From Felis catus (lineage: Eukaryota): DNA of 64,000 bases. The stretch is taken from the NCBI RefSeq assembly GCF_018350175.1, contig NC_058383.1, positions 23,252,001-23,316,000 on the forward strand, given 5' to 3'. Shown piece after piece: positions 25,893-36,460 of the stretch. The notes beneath the pieces are model-generated. The model was not told where the DNA came from. It did not search any database and worked only from the letters and a program-made list of their open reading frames with translations. The translations under genes and the position numbers were made by a program. Positions within the stretch are counted from its first letter, which is position 1. Each line of letters starts with the position of its first letter.

Positions 25893-25946
25893 AATAAATA
25901 AATAAATAAATAAATAAATAAACAAACAAACAAACTTAAAAAAAAA
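25774..25946 (+). mobile_element. Internally deleted SINEC with (TC)n/(AATA)n/(AAAC)n tail
   Basis: The head joins the pyrimidine tract directly. Confidence 0.85.
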
Positions 25947-26119
25947 GGGGGGGTGGACAGAAAGGGTTTAAAGTGAGATGCACTGAGGACACCACTGTCC
26001 AAAGCCAAAAATAACATATTAGCAGGTGTTGGCCAGTCCTCTTGGCCCAATGCAGCAACCACTAAAGGGTCCACATATCTGTTCATCTTCAAGTGGCGTC
26101 AGACCAGAAGGATCTTTTC

Positions 26120-26439
26120 TTAATGAAAAGGAAACTCCATTTCAAAAGACTGGGACTTTACCAAAAGTTGAATTTGCTTTAACACAAAAGCCTTCTCTTC
26201 ACGGTCCTGCTATGCTGCTTATTGAAAGCAAATGTAACCATGATTAAAGAGGCATCATGAGGCCCCAAAAGCAAAGTAACCGGAGTTGATGTGAACTTCC
26301 CTATTAACAGAAGTGCTAGATAAAATATTACAATAGCAAGTGCATAGAGGAGTTTACAGAAAAGGGAAATCCCTGAATGCCAAAACTGAAGATAACGTGG
26401 ATGGTGAGAGTGTGCCACAGTGGCCCAGAGACATAACAG
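26120..26439 (-). mobile_element. Fossil hAT transposase, C-terminal dimerisation-domain segment
   Basis: Translation HPRYLQF...LLYALAIVIF / SSTSVNR...QDREEKAFVLKQIQLLVK...MEFPFH* resembles the hAT C-terminal pattern (P.LLQF..LY.L..LI.T.P.T.ASVERSFS...MEF); judged by eye. Confidence 0.55.
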
Positions 26440-26978
26440 ACCACAGACAGGCTTTAGATGAGGAGCTGTTATGTCCAAAGGAGGCCCTGCATGTGTGGCC
26501 CTAAGCTCATGTGAGACTGTTACCTAGAAGTGACATCCCTGCACGGAGCCGGGAAGCTACTAAGGGCTGCCATCATCATGATAGAAGACTATAGAAGTCT
26601 TCTCGCTGGTCCATGAGAACCACCTGGGACTTTGCCTTTACTCAGGGCCCTGGGGAGAAAACCCAAGTCTCAAGAAACTGAAACCCTGAACTTGTGTGTA
26701 GGACATGAGTCCCAAAGCAAGAAATTGGCACAAGAGTCTGTCCTGGTGCCGAAGCAGCAGATGCGAAGTCACTCAGTAGAAACATTTCCACACCCAGGAC
26801 ACATGGTACTCATGGGGCAAAAACAACCCAGCTACGAATGAGCTCGCAATTTACAAATAACAAAACACGCCAGGAAATGATCCTTCATATTGGAGAGTAA
26901 GAAATATGACAAAAGGGAATGTATCTTCCCAAGAGCTGAAGATAATAAAACAATTTAAAAGCAACTATAAAATAGATA

Positions 26979-27171
26979 TTTTTTTAAGTTTATTTATTTG
27001 GAGAAAGAGAGAGAGAGAGTACGCACACGTGAGTAGGTAAGAGAGGAAGAGAGACAGAATCCGAAGCAGGTGCAGAGCCCCACTCCGGGCTTGAACTCAC
27101 GAACTGCAAGATCACGACCTAAGCTGAAACCAAGAGTCAGACACTTAACCAACCGAGCCACCCATGTGCCA
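26979..27171 (-). mobile_element. Can-SINE (SINEC)
   Basis: SINEC body. Confidence 0.88.
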
Positions 27172-28394
27172 CATAAAAAAATACATTTTCTTAATTGAGG
27201 TGATAACTCAATTAAAAGCAAATAGGAAGCTTTTGAAAAGTGCAAAACAGGACAAAAAATAAATCTTTAACATAGTTGAAGATTTAAAGATTTGAAGATT
27301 AAAGGGAAAGATTTGAAGATTAAAAGGGAAAAAAAAGAACACAAATGAAAAAATAGGGGGGAAAAACCCAGGCAAATCTAAGTTTTGGCAAAAGCTCTGG
27401 CCTTCCCATGTTGAATCCCTTTCTGGTTAAAAACAGATACTCTCAAACAAATGAAAACTACAAGGGAAATTGTCTATAGTTCAACACTGATGCTTTAAAA
27501 AATAATTGCTGTGCAGGAGGTCTGTCTTAGCTGGACCTAAAGTCACCATCTTTTGCTCCAATCTACAGTGAATATGAGTTCATTTCTGTTCACAAATTGT
27601 TGTTGTTGTTTTTGATTTTAGAGAGAGAGGGAGAGGGGCAGAGGGAGAATAGAGAAAGAGAAGCTTAAGCAGGCTCCACGCTCAGTGCAGAGCCTGACAC
27701 GGGGCTCGATCCCATGACCCTGGGATCAGGCCTAAAGGAGGAAAGACTAAAGGAAGGAAAACAGGAGACTGTGAAATGTTAGGAAAATTTCATTAGAGGT
27801 GCAACATGTGTCTAACAGGAGGCCCTCCAAGGAGAGAGGAGAGAATGTGGAAGCAAAACTACTCCTAGAGAGATGATGGCTGAGAATTTCCCAGAACTGA
27901 CAAAAAGACATTAGCCCTCAGATTCAGGAAGCAAAATGCGTTTTGATCAAAATCAAGTAAAACATAATCCATACTAAGATACACTGTAGGGAAACTACAG
28001 ACCATCAACAAAATAGCAAAAAGCAACCAGAGATAATAGACATGTTGCCTACAAAAGAATGATGAGGTTCACGGCAAATTTCGCAATGATAGTTAGAAAT
28101 TTCAGAAGATGCTAGAATTATACCTTCCAGGATTGGAGGCAGAATAACCATCGACCTAGAATTCTGTACTGCTAACAATTCATCAAGGGTGAAGGCAAAA
28201 TAAAGACATTTTCAGAGGGAAAAAAAAGATATTGACAGATTTTACCAATGACAAGATGACTACAGGGCATACTTCAGTAGAAAGCGATTCAACTCAGAAG
28301 GAGGAAGTGGAGAAAGAAGTGATCTGAGCAAAGTAATTAGGAGAGCCTGGATAAATCTACAGAGAGATTTACTGTCTTTTAAAAAGAAAGTAAT

Positions 28395-28822
28395 GGGGCA
28401 TCTGGGTGGCTCAGTCAGTTGGGTGACTGACTCTTGATTTCGGCTCAGGTCATGGTCTCCTGGTTCATGGGATCGAGCCCCTCGTCAGGCTCCACTCTGC
28501 CTGAGTGGAGCCTGCTTTGGATTCTGTCTCTCTCCCTCCCTCTCTCTCTCTGCTCCTCCCCAACTTGCATGGGTGTGCACACTCTCTTTCAAGGTAAACA
28601 AATAACCTTTAAAAAAGTATTTATTTATTTATTTTTAGTGTTTATTTGTTTCTGAGAGAGAGCGTGAGCAAGGGAGGGGCAGAGACAGAGGGAGACAGAG
28701 AATCTGAAGCAGGCTCCAGGCTCTGGGCTGTCAGCACAGAGCCCGACGCAGGGCTTGAACCCACGAGCCATGAGATCACGACCTGAGCTAAAGTCAGATG
28801 ACTGAGCCACCCAGGTTGCCCC
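28395..28822. mobile_element. Two SINECs tail-to-tail (+ 28395-~28615; - ~28616-28822)
   Basis: Outer TSD ttttaaaaagaaagtaat / ttttaaaaaggcagtaat. Confidence 0.92.
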
Positions 28823-28855
28823 TAAAAAAAAAACGATTTTAAAAAGGCAGTAATG

Positions 28856-30400
28856 ATAACAGGATCTGGGCTGTAAGTGAAGTCCTACAGTACCTGGGGG
28901 CAAGAGCAGTTAGTATGCCTGGTTTCCTGTATTATTCGGGAAGAAGGTACAATCCTGAGATAGTCTGGATGGTTCTGGTAAAACATTAGGATGATTCCCT
29001 AGAAGAACATGGGTAGAAGAAAGAACTTCCAGAGTCAATGAAGAGGACGCATCAGGGAGGCTTTTGAGCCGCCTCACGGCTTGGAGCAGAAGCCTCTGGA
29101 GAATTCGGTCATCTGCCGTGGAACCACTGACATGTCCCGATAGCGTGAGGCAGGTCATGGAGGAACCGCTCACCACGTCAGTCAGTGCCCCTCGCACGCA
29201 GCTGGCTGGCAGTGCGGCTGTCCCCCCACCCCCCACCGCCCCAGTGCAGCAGGCCGCTCGCTTTCACCTCCTGTATGCACCCTGACACCATCAAAGAATC
29301 TCTATTCTATGAGCTTCTTTGCGTAACTGCAAAAGCAGGCAGCATCTCCGAAATAATGAAGTTTCTCTGCCGAGCAAAGACTAACGCAGACGGGGCTGGA
29401 GGTGACCTCCCTGACACACGTACAAAGGAAATGACGTGGCATGAATGCCACTTAAGGAGTCTTGGGGAAATCTCGTGCTCTTTGACACAAGGCCACTCAC
29501 TCTCCTTGGGCAAAGCTACCCGTGGAATCTCTGATTCCATCTGCTTTTGCTTACCTTTCTCAGTCAGGCGCCCATCGCCATCAAGACCAAAAGTCAGAAT
29601 CGATTCAATGTCAAAGACGACACGTGCACTGCACGATTTCAGGTCTGTGCAAGCCAAAAACACGGGAGGCACCGGCAACGGGGCTTCCTTTGGAGTAAAC
29701 CTGAAGGCTACTCTCTGTCTTATTTTGTACAACTCTGGGGCTTCCCCCCCAACCCGAAAATGACCATTTACATAAAAAGCTGCAGTAAAAAGATCTCTTT
29801 GCAAAGATCACACTCCTATTGCGTGCATTTGAAGGCAATCAATTTCCATTACAAGAAGATGAATCCACTGCAAAATATTGCGTGTACACATTTATAAATT
29901 TGAGGGGGATGGGAATATAGCTTTCAGCACATTGTCAGAGAAATTTATGAGCAAAATGGGGCTAGAAGCATCAAAGGCATGGATTCTAACCAGCAGGAGG
30001 GCCAGGTGGGGGGCATATCAGACCTTTGGGTAAAAGGGGGCAAAACTGTACCATCTAGAAGAAAAGAGCATTTAATACGCGGCCACCACGGAAAGAAAAT
30101 TCCACACAACTCGCAGAAGTTACCTGTGCAGCAGCTTTCGTGCCAAAAAGAAACCAACGTGAGAAGTGCAGCTCTAAGGTACAATTTCGCGTATCAAATG
30201 TGATTGACGGACCATTCAAAATCACCACTGTTCCAAAGCCACAGGTAGAAGGGAACACTGTTGTGCTCCTCCTTCACAACCTACACTTTTGTTCTTTTCA
30301 AGAGCTCCTTCCAGACTTCCTGAGAAGCTTTTCACTCCTTCGTGCATTTGCAGCCGTGAGTCAAACGGGCGGGCGCCGTGTGCTTTCTGTGGGTGCCCGT
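28856..30400 (-). mobile_element. Fossil hAT (Tip100/ZMYM1-like) transposase, N-terminal and catalytic region
   Basis: Collinear degenerate motifs HESCCTGNFCEL..LLDGTVL, FYVNG, LACTDLKSC..VVFDIESILTF, EIPRVA..W, FIISEMLP..TQ..NRD..CIQEVK; judged by eye. Confidence 0.6.
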
Positions 30401-30439
30401 GAGCCGTGCTCAGCCCCGCCTGGCCCGGCAGGTACAAAC

Positions 30440-30800
30440 GCTCATTCGTTCGTTCATTCATTCATGCGACAAACAGTCATTGAGGTTATTAGGTGCCGGG
30501 CACTTTGCTAGGTACAGAGGAGAGCCAGGGACACGGCCGTGCCTCGTTTTCACAGCAGCGAATAGGTGTGTGAGAACATCTCATGTAGGGAGGGAGGGCG
30601 TTCCACAAGGGCGCTGTGGGGAGGTACCATGCTCGTCAGTTTGGGGCGCAGACAGGGCAACAGTGTCAGAAGTGGGGGGTTGGGGGGCTCGCAGCTGGCA
30701 GCGAAGGGGAGCACAGGGCTGGACTGGGCAGTCCCGGGATGGTGCCGTGAAACCCGAAGTTCAGCATCGCCGTACCCGTAGAGGCCCTCGGTAATGACAC
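30440..30800 (-). mobile_element. L2 fragment
   Basis: cattcgttcgttcattcattca...aggtgccgggcactttgctagg. Confidence 0.65.
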
Positions 30801-31457
30801 CAAGGCAGGGTTTCCTAGGAACAAACAGCACCCCAGTCTCCTCCCCCCACCGCAAATGGCACCAGGGCATGCTCCAGCCCACACTGAGCCGCCCACCCTA
30901 CCACCTGCAGCGAGGAAGAAGGGACTTTTTGGGGGCTGCCCGCCTCCACACACCCTTGTCCTCTGAACAAATTGCCTCCTCTCTCAATCACATTCTCGCC
31001 CTTGTTTATGACCCCTGCCCTTTCATAAATGCAGCTCCAGGAGCTTCCGCGGCTGGATTTCAGCAGCTGTGGACACCTAATCGATAGCTTTTCATAACGA
31101 TTTTCTCCCCAGCGAGGACTCTGGCCCAGACGACTCAGCTACAACACACCTGGATTGCACCACACAGGGATGTCAAAGCAGCCAAAGAGGCAATTTACCG
31201 GTTATGACTTTTAAGGGCTCATTCTGGGGCTGCTGTCGGAGAGAGAGGCCTCCACCAACTGTCAAAAATGCCTCTAGAATCCAATGTTGGGGATGTCGCG
31301 TCTGAAGGGTGGTGTCTGGTGGGTTTGCTGGGGACACATTCCAAGGGAATCGGAAACAGATCATTCAAAATCCCGGGCCGGGGACACTGCATTCCAGAGT
31401 CCCAACCGTGTGATGAATTTCCGCTCGAAAAGCTCCTAGAACTGGAAGGGGCTTTCA

Positions 31458-31900
31458 GTTCATCTGCCCCAAACTGAGTCATTCACATATGACCTCTACT
31501 ATTCTGGCCATATTCTTGCTCTAATGTTCACTTTTATCTCTCTTTAAAATCCACTCACCTTTTTTTTTTTTTAACTTACATAAATCTATGGCTTTAGTTT
31601 TTTTCTAAAACTTTGCTAGAACCGTAAATGGAAAAACAGTATCTCTTGCCACCAACAGGAGGTGACAGTAAAACCAGACACAGAGGGAGAAAAGATTTAG
31701 TTCTACCTAGGTGGTGTTTCGCCGTTGGAGAGGTGTTACAGGCCCATGAACGTGAACCCAAGATCTCCTCTCTGATATAATCAGAGGAAGCAATGAAAAT
31801 TGAAAAGAAAAATCACGATAGCACTATGCTTTGGTGTCTGTAACGTGTGTGTCACCCCAAGTCACTTCGAGTATCACCCCAGACCACCTGGTTTAGGGAC
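31458..31900 (+). mobile_element. hAT-Charlie non-autonomous element (MER102-like)
   Basis: ccccaaactgagtcattcacatatgacc...ggccatatt...; a similar element appears in the opposite orientation at ~39290-39625. Confidence 0.45.
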
Positions 31901-32383
31901 ACGTTTACCTCTCAGGAAACACGAGCCTGTCAAACTCTGTAATTCTATGAAAGACAACACAGACACTAAGAACACTCAAGTCATTCACCCGAGGTCAAAG
32001 GCAAGTCCATGAACTCACTGAACCTAGAACGTGGGTTTCTTATTCTTTGGATGACACTGTTGAACTGATTCCCTTCCCTCATGGTGCAGGACCCCTGAGC
32101 ACTACTTAAGGTGATTCCTTACAAGTTCTCAGGTTCCCCAGCAGGGCTGGGCTCCGATCACCATACTGCCAACCAGCTATGCATAATCAGCCTCTCCTCC
32201 TTCCCTGCAAGCCCTGCCTCTCCATCCGTCCTGCTTTCAGGAACTACTACCTACATAAACTCCCTGCTGGTCCAAACTCAGACACATGGGAAGGTCAAGA
32301 GTGCCAATGCCTCATGCACTCCAGACAAGGTGCCAGTGTGTGTTATGCTGGATAGAAACACTGGATAGAAGAGGACAACTCCA

Positions 32384-32592
32384 GGGGCACCCGGGTAGCT
32401 CAGTCGGTTGAGCATCTGACTTCAGCTCAGGTCATGATCTCACGGGGCATAGGTTCAAGCCCTGCATCAGGCTCTGTGCTGACAGCTCAGAGCCTGGTGC
32501 CTGCTTCATATTCTGTGTCTCCCTCTTACCGCCCTTCCCCTGCTCATGCTCTGTCTCTCAAAAAATAAAAGAAAATGTTTAAAAAAAAATGT
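32384..32592 (+). mobile_element. Can-SINE (SINEC)
   Basis: Full body; TSD-like agaggacaactcc / agaggggcaactcc. Confidence 0.93.
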
Positions 32593-32787
32593 ATTAGAGG
32601 GCAACTCCTATCCCACTCAGCGAGGGCATTCTTTCCTGGAGAGAGAGTACACACTGAAAGCCCAGGGACACGACAGAAGGAACGAGAAGGAAGAGGCAAG
32701 ACATAAGAAAGATAGCTAGATTGAAAATTTGTACCCCAGTGAGAAACACCGCAAAGAAATCCAGTAGTTCTAGGGGGTAAAAGACGA

Positions 32788-32993
32788 TTTTTTTTAAGTT
32801 TAATTAATTTATTTTGAGGGACAGAGACAGCACAAGTGGGTGAGGGGCAGAGAGAGAGAGACAATCGTAAGCTAAGCAGGCTCCATGCTGCCAGCACAGA
32901 GCCTGACATGGGACTCAAACTCACAAAACTGCGAGATCAGGACTTGAGCTGAAACTGAGAGTTTTGCTTAACTGACAGCTGCCCAGGCGCCTC
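32788..32993 (-). mobile_element. Can-SINE (SINEC)
   Basis: TSD-like gtaaaagacgatt / gtaaaagaaaatt. Confidence 0.9.
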
Positions 32994-33845
32994 GTAAAAG
33001 AAAATTAGAATGCTAGTTTCAGGTGAAAAGGACTTCTTGCACCTTCAGCTTCCCCACCCCACCTTTCTGGTCCTTTTTGCTAATGACAGAGGAGATATCT
33101 TTGTTGGCACTGGGACCTGGGGACGCGGTTAACTCACGTGCCAGGAGTTCCAAGGATTTTGTTTTGTTTTTTACACAAGAGGTATCTAAGATGAGACCAC
33201 GATAGCCAAGGCATGGAGACAACCTAAGTGTCCATCGACAGGTGAATGGACAAGGAAGATGTGGTATGTATACCCAGAGGAATATTATTCGGCCACATAA
33301 AGGAGGGAAGTGGGTCACCTGTCTACCGCCACAAAGAGAAAGATCCCCAGATATACGGACGCATAAGGCAGTTCAAGAATTCAGTATGAGGAAGAAGAGT
33401 ACATGTTATCGAAGCAGTAGAGCTGCTGTAAGAAGAAAAGTAATGTTAGAAAATTGCCAGCTGCATTCTAAACGGGACTCAAGGAAACTTTACATCCCTG
33501 CGACTGTGGGGAGGGAAGAATAATCTAGAGTCAAGAACGTCTGCAAACAATAAGCAATAATGATGGGAAACGGGAGCTGGAAGCCCAGGTTCCACATTTC
33601 AAGCTACATTATCAGCGAATAGGACAACTCAGGAGAAATGGCAGTTCAGAGGCAAAGGAAAAATGGGATAGAAGAGGTAAGACCCAAAGAGAACAGATCT
33701 GTAAAAGTGAATAAGAATTTAACAGGGAATCCCGATGAATAGATAAGAGGGATGCTATTGATCAGAAGTGCTAGTAAGTGCTGAGGCAAAGTCAGGAACC
33801 ACACTCGAACACATCCAGATTCAATGTTTTAATTTAAACAATAGA

Positions 33846-34539
33846 GGGGCGCCTGGGTGGCTCAGTCGGTTAGGTGTCCGATTTTGGCTCAGGTCATGAT
33901 CTCGCATGGTCCATGGGTTTGAGCCCCACGTCAGGCTCTGTGCTGACAGCTCGGAGCCTGGAGCCTGCTTTGGATTCTGTGTCTCCTTCTCTCTCTCTCT
34001 GCCCCTCCCCCACTCGCACTGTCTCTCGGTCTCTCAAAAATGAATAAATGTTAAAAATTTTTAAAAATAATTAAAAATTTTTAAAAGAATAAAAAAAATA
34101 GGGGCGCCTGGGTGGCTCAGTCGGTTAAGCGGCCGACTTCGGCTCAGGTCATGATCTCGCGGTCCGTGAGTTCGAGCCCCGCGTCGGGCTCTGTGCTGAC
34201 AGCTCGGAGCCTGAAGCCTGTTTCAGATTCTGTGTCTCCCTCTCTCTGACCTTCCCCTGTTCATGCTCTGTCTCTGTCTCAAAAATAAATAAACGTTAAA
34301 AAAAATTTTTTTAAATAAACAATAGAGAAAATTATAGGGGCGCCTGGGTAGCTCAGTCAGTTAAGTGTCCAACTTCAGCTCAGGTCATGATCTCATGGCT
34401 CATGAGTTTGAGCCCTGTGTTGGGCTCTGCACTGACAGTGTGGAGCCTGTTTTAGATCTTCTGTCTCCCTCTCTCTCTGCCCCTCCCCTCCTCGCTCACT
34501 CGCTCTCTCTCAAAAATAAATAAGTAAACATTCAAAAAA
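33846..34539 (+). mobile_element. Cluster of three co-oriented SINECs (33846-34100, 34101-~34310, 34337-34539) inside an old L1/HAL1-like relic
   Basis: Three ggggcgcctggg heads with nested TSDs. Confidence 0.95.
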
Positions 34540-36241
34540 TAAACAATAGGGAAAATTGTATAAGCATCCAGGCAGGGGGGGGAAATAAAATAGTGTGTCT
34601 GCAAAGGGAAAAAAGCAAATCCAGCTGACATAAAACTTCTCTGCCACACACACAGACATGTACACACCCTAAGACAACAGGACCGTGTCTTCAGAGCTGT
34701 TTTTGAAAAGATTTTGTCCTAAAAATTTTAATTCAGCCAAACTATTGCTCGTGCATGAGAAAGGCAGGAAGATAGTCTCTAAATCTGCAAAGGGCTCAAA
34801 TTAAAACACATACCAAAAAAAGATTTTTTTTTTTTTTTACCTTATAAGAGTTTGTCATCTGGTTGAGAGAGAAATAAAAATGAACAACTAAAGAAAGGTA
34901 TTAATTACAGAGAAAGGAAGCGGAAGCTCAGAACCAGTAAACGCAGACTTCTGCTATTACTATGGTTTAGAAGCTGAAATACGACATCAAATGTAGTATT
35001 TGAAACATGACATGTTACAGGAGACAATTCAATAACAATTACTTAGCAGCAAAGTCAGCAACAGCAGCTACCACTGTCCAACCTCTGTGGCCCCCGGGGA
35101 TGACCTTTCTTTAGCTCTCGTCTGAGACTGTTGCCTTTAGCTGTCACGCCTTATCTAACTCTGCTGGGACCTACGCTTTCTCGAGCATGTCCCCGACTTA
35201 CCAGCAGATAGAGTTTGGGGACAAAGTTACTGCCATCCGCCCAGGACACCATGCTGAAAATTAGCTTGAGAATGCTTTTCAAGATCATGTTATGAAAATG
35301 TCTTTTAGATACACTGAGTGCCTTATGAGGACTAAATATTCAATTTTATCTACTTCTTTCACAACATCATAAAGATGCTTAAGCCCTTTGGGGATTTTTG
35401 AAAATCCTGTGGTTACATGCTCTTTCTTATTCCTAATTATGCCTATTTGTGTTTTCTTTGTCTATTTTATCAATCTTTCAAAGAATCAGTCCTTGGGTTT
35501 GTTATTATTATTTTTTTTTAATCTACGTTACTGTTTTCCTAGATTCATTTTCTGTTTTTATCTTTCCGAATCATTCCTTCCTTGTCTCCTTGTTTGATTT
35601 ATCATTCGGCTAACTTTTGGGGTGGAATCTTTAGTTCATCTTCTCCATTTCATACAGAAGCGAGGCAACTGCAGCACCCAACTTTGGGTACACCTGACTG
35701 GTTTCAACAAATATTATTACACGCGTTATCATTACTTTCCACATACTGTACGCCCGCAGTTTTGAAAGTCTTCATTTCCCTGAGCAATTGAGAGGTGTGA
35801 TTTTAACTCCCAAGGTTAGGCTATTTGTGATTTTGTAAGACATGGCAATACAGACATATTATTCAGTAATATGGAGGAACACAGAAGTCTCAGAATCAGA
35901 GGAATCAAAATCAGGTGCCTCCATTGCACAGGAATCAGAACGTCGGGGGTCAGGCAGTGGGCTGCGGTTTTTGTGAGAAGCCTTATGATATTATTTAACT
36001 GTTCAGACGATGTAGACATTATTTTGACAAATATAAAAATCACAAAAGCAAGTGGAGTAAAATACTGGGCAACCATAACCGTGGACCGTGTTGGCAAGGG
36101 GAGGTTGGGAGTCAAGACCCCTTTTATCACTCTCTGCTGAGGCTTTGGTCACATATAAGGGCAACTATTAAGAGCACATAGATAGCTTGTATAACTTCCA
36201 CCTCAGCAGAAGGAAAAAAAGGGGAATAAAGAAAGCTCCAT

Positions 36242-36460
36242 GGGACGCCTGGGGGGGCTCAGTCGGTTAAGCATCCGACTCTCGGTTTCAGCTCAGGTCA
36301 TGATCTCACGGTTTAGGAGATCAAGCCCCACATTGGGCTCTGAGCTGACAGTGCGGAGCCTGCTTGGGATTCTCTTTCTCTCCCTCTCTCTCTGCTTCTC
36401 CTCCACTTGTGCTCATGCTCTCTCTCTCTCAAAATAAATAAAGATTAAAAAAATAAAGAG
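36242..36460 (+). mobile_element. Can-SINE (SINEC)
   Basis: Full body. Confidence 0.92.

Larger units (their letters stand above)
26440..28855 (+). mobile_element. Old L1 5'/ORF1 fragment containing nested SINEs and a captured duplicate segment
   Basis: ORF1 phrases gatgatggctgagaatttcccagaactga, cctcagattcaggaagc, cgacctagaattctgtac, gaaggcaaaataaagacattttcaga. Confidence 0.75.

Noticed and set aside
29185..29897. Plus-strand ORFs of 192 and 116 aa
   Set aside because: Antisense shadows of the fossil transposase; no independent protein features.
26030..30430. Terminal inverted repeats for the hAT fossil
   Set aside because: Candidate CAG-starting ends near 26030 and 30420 do not form a convincing inverted pair, so none is claimed.
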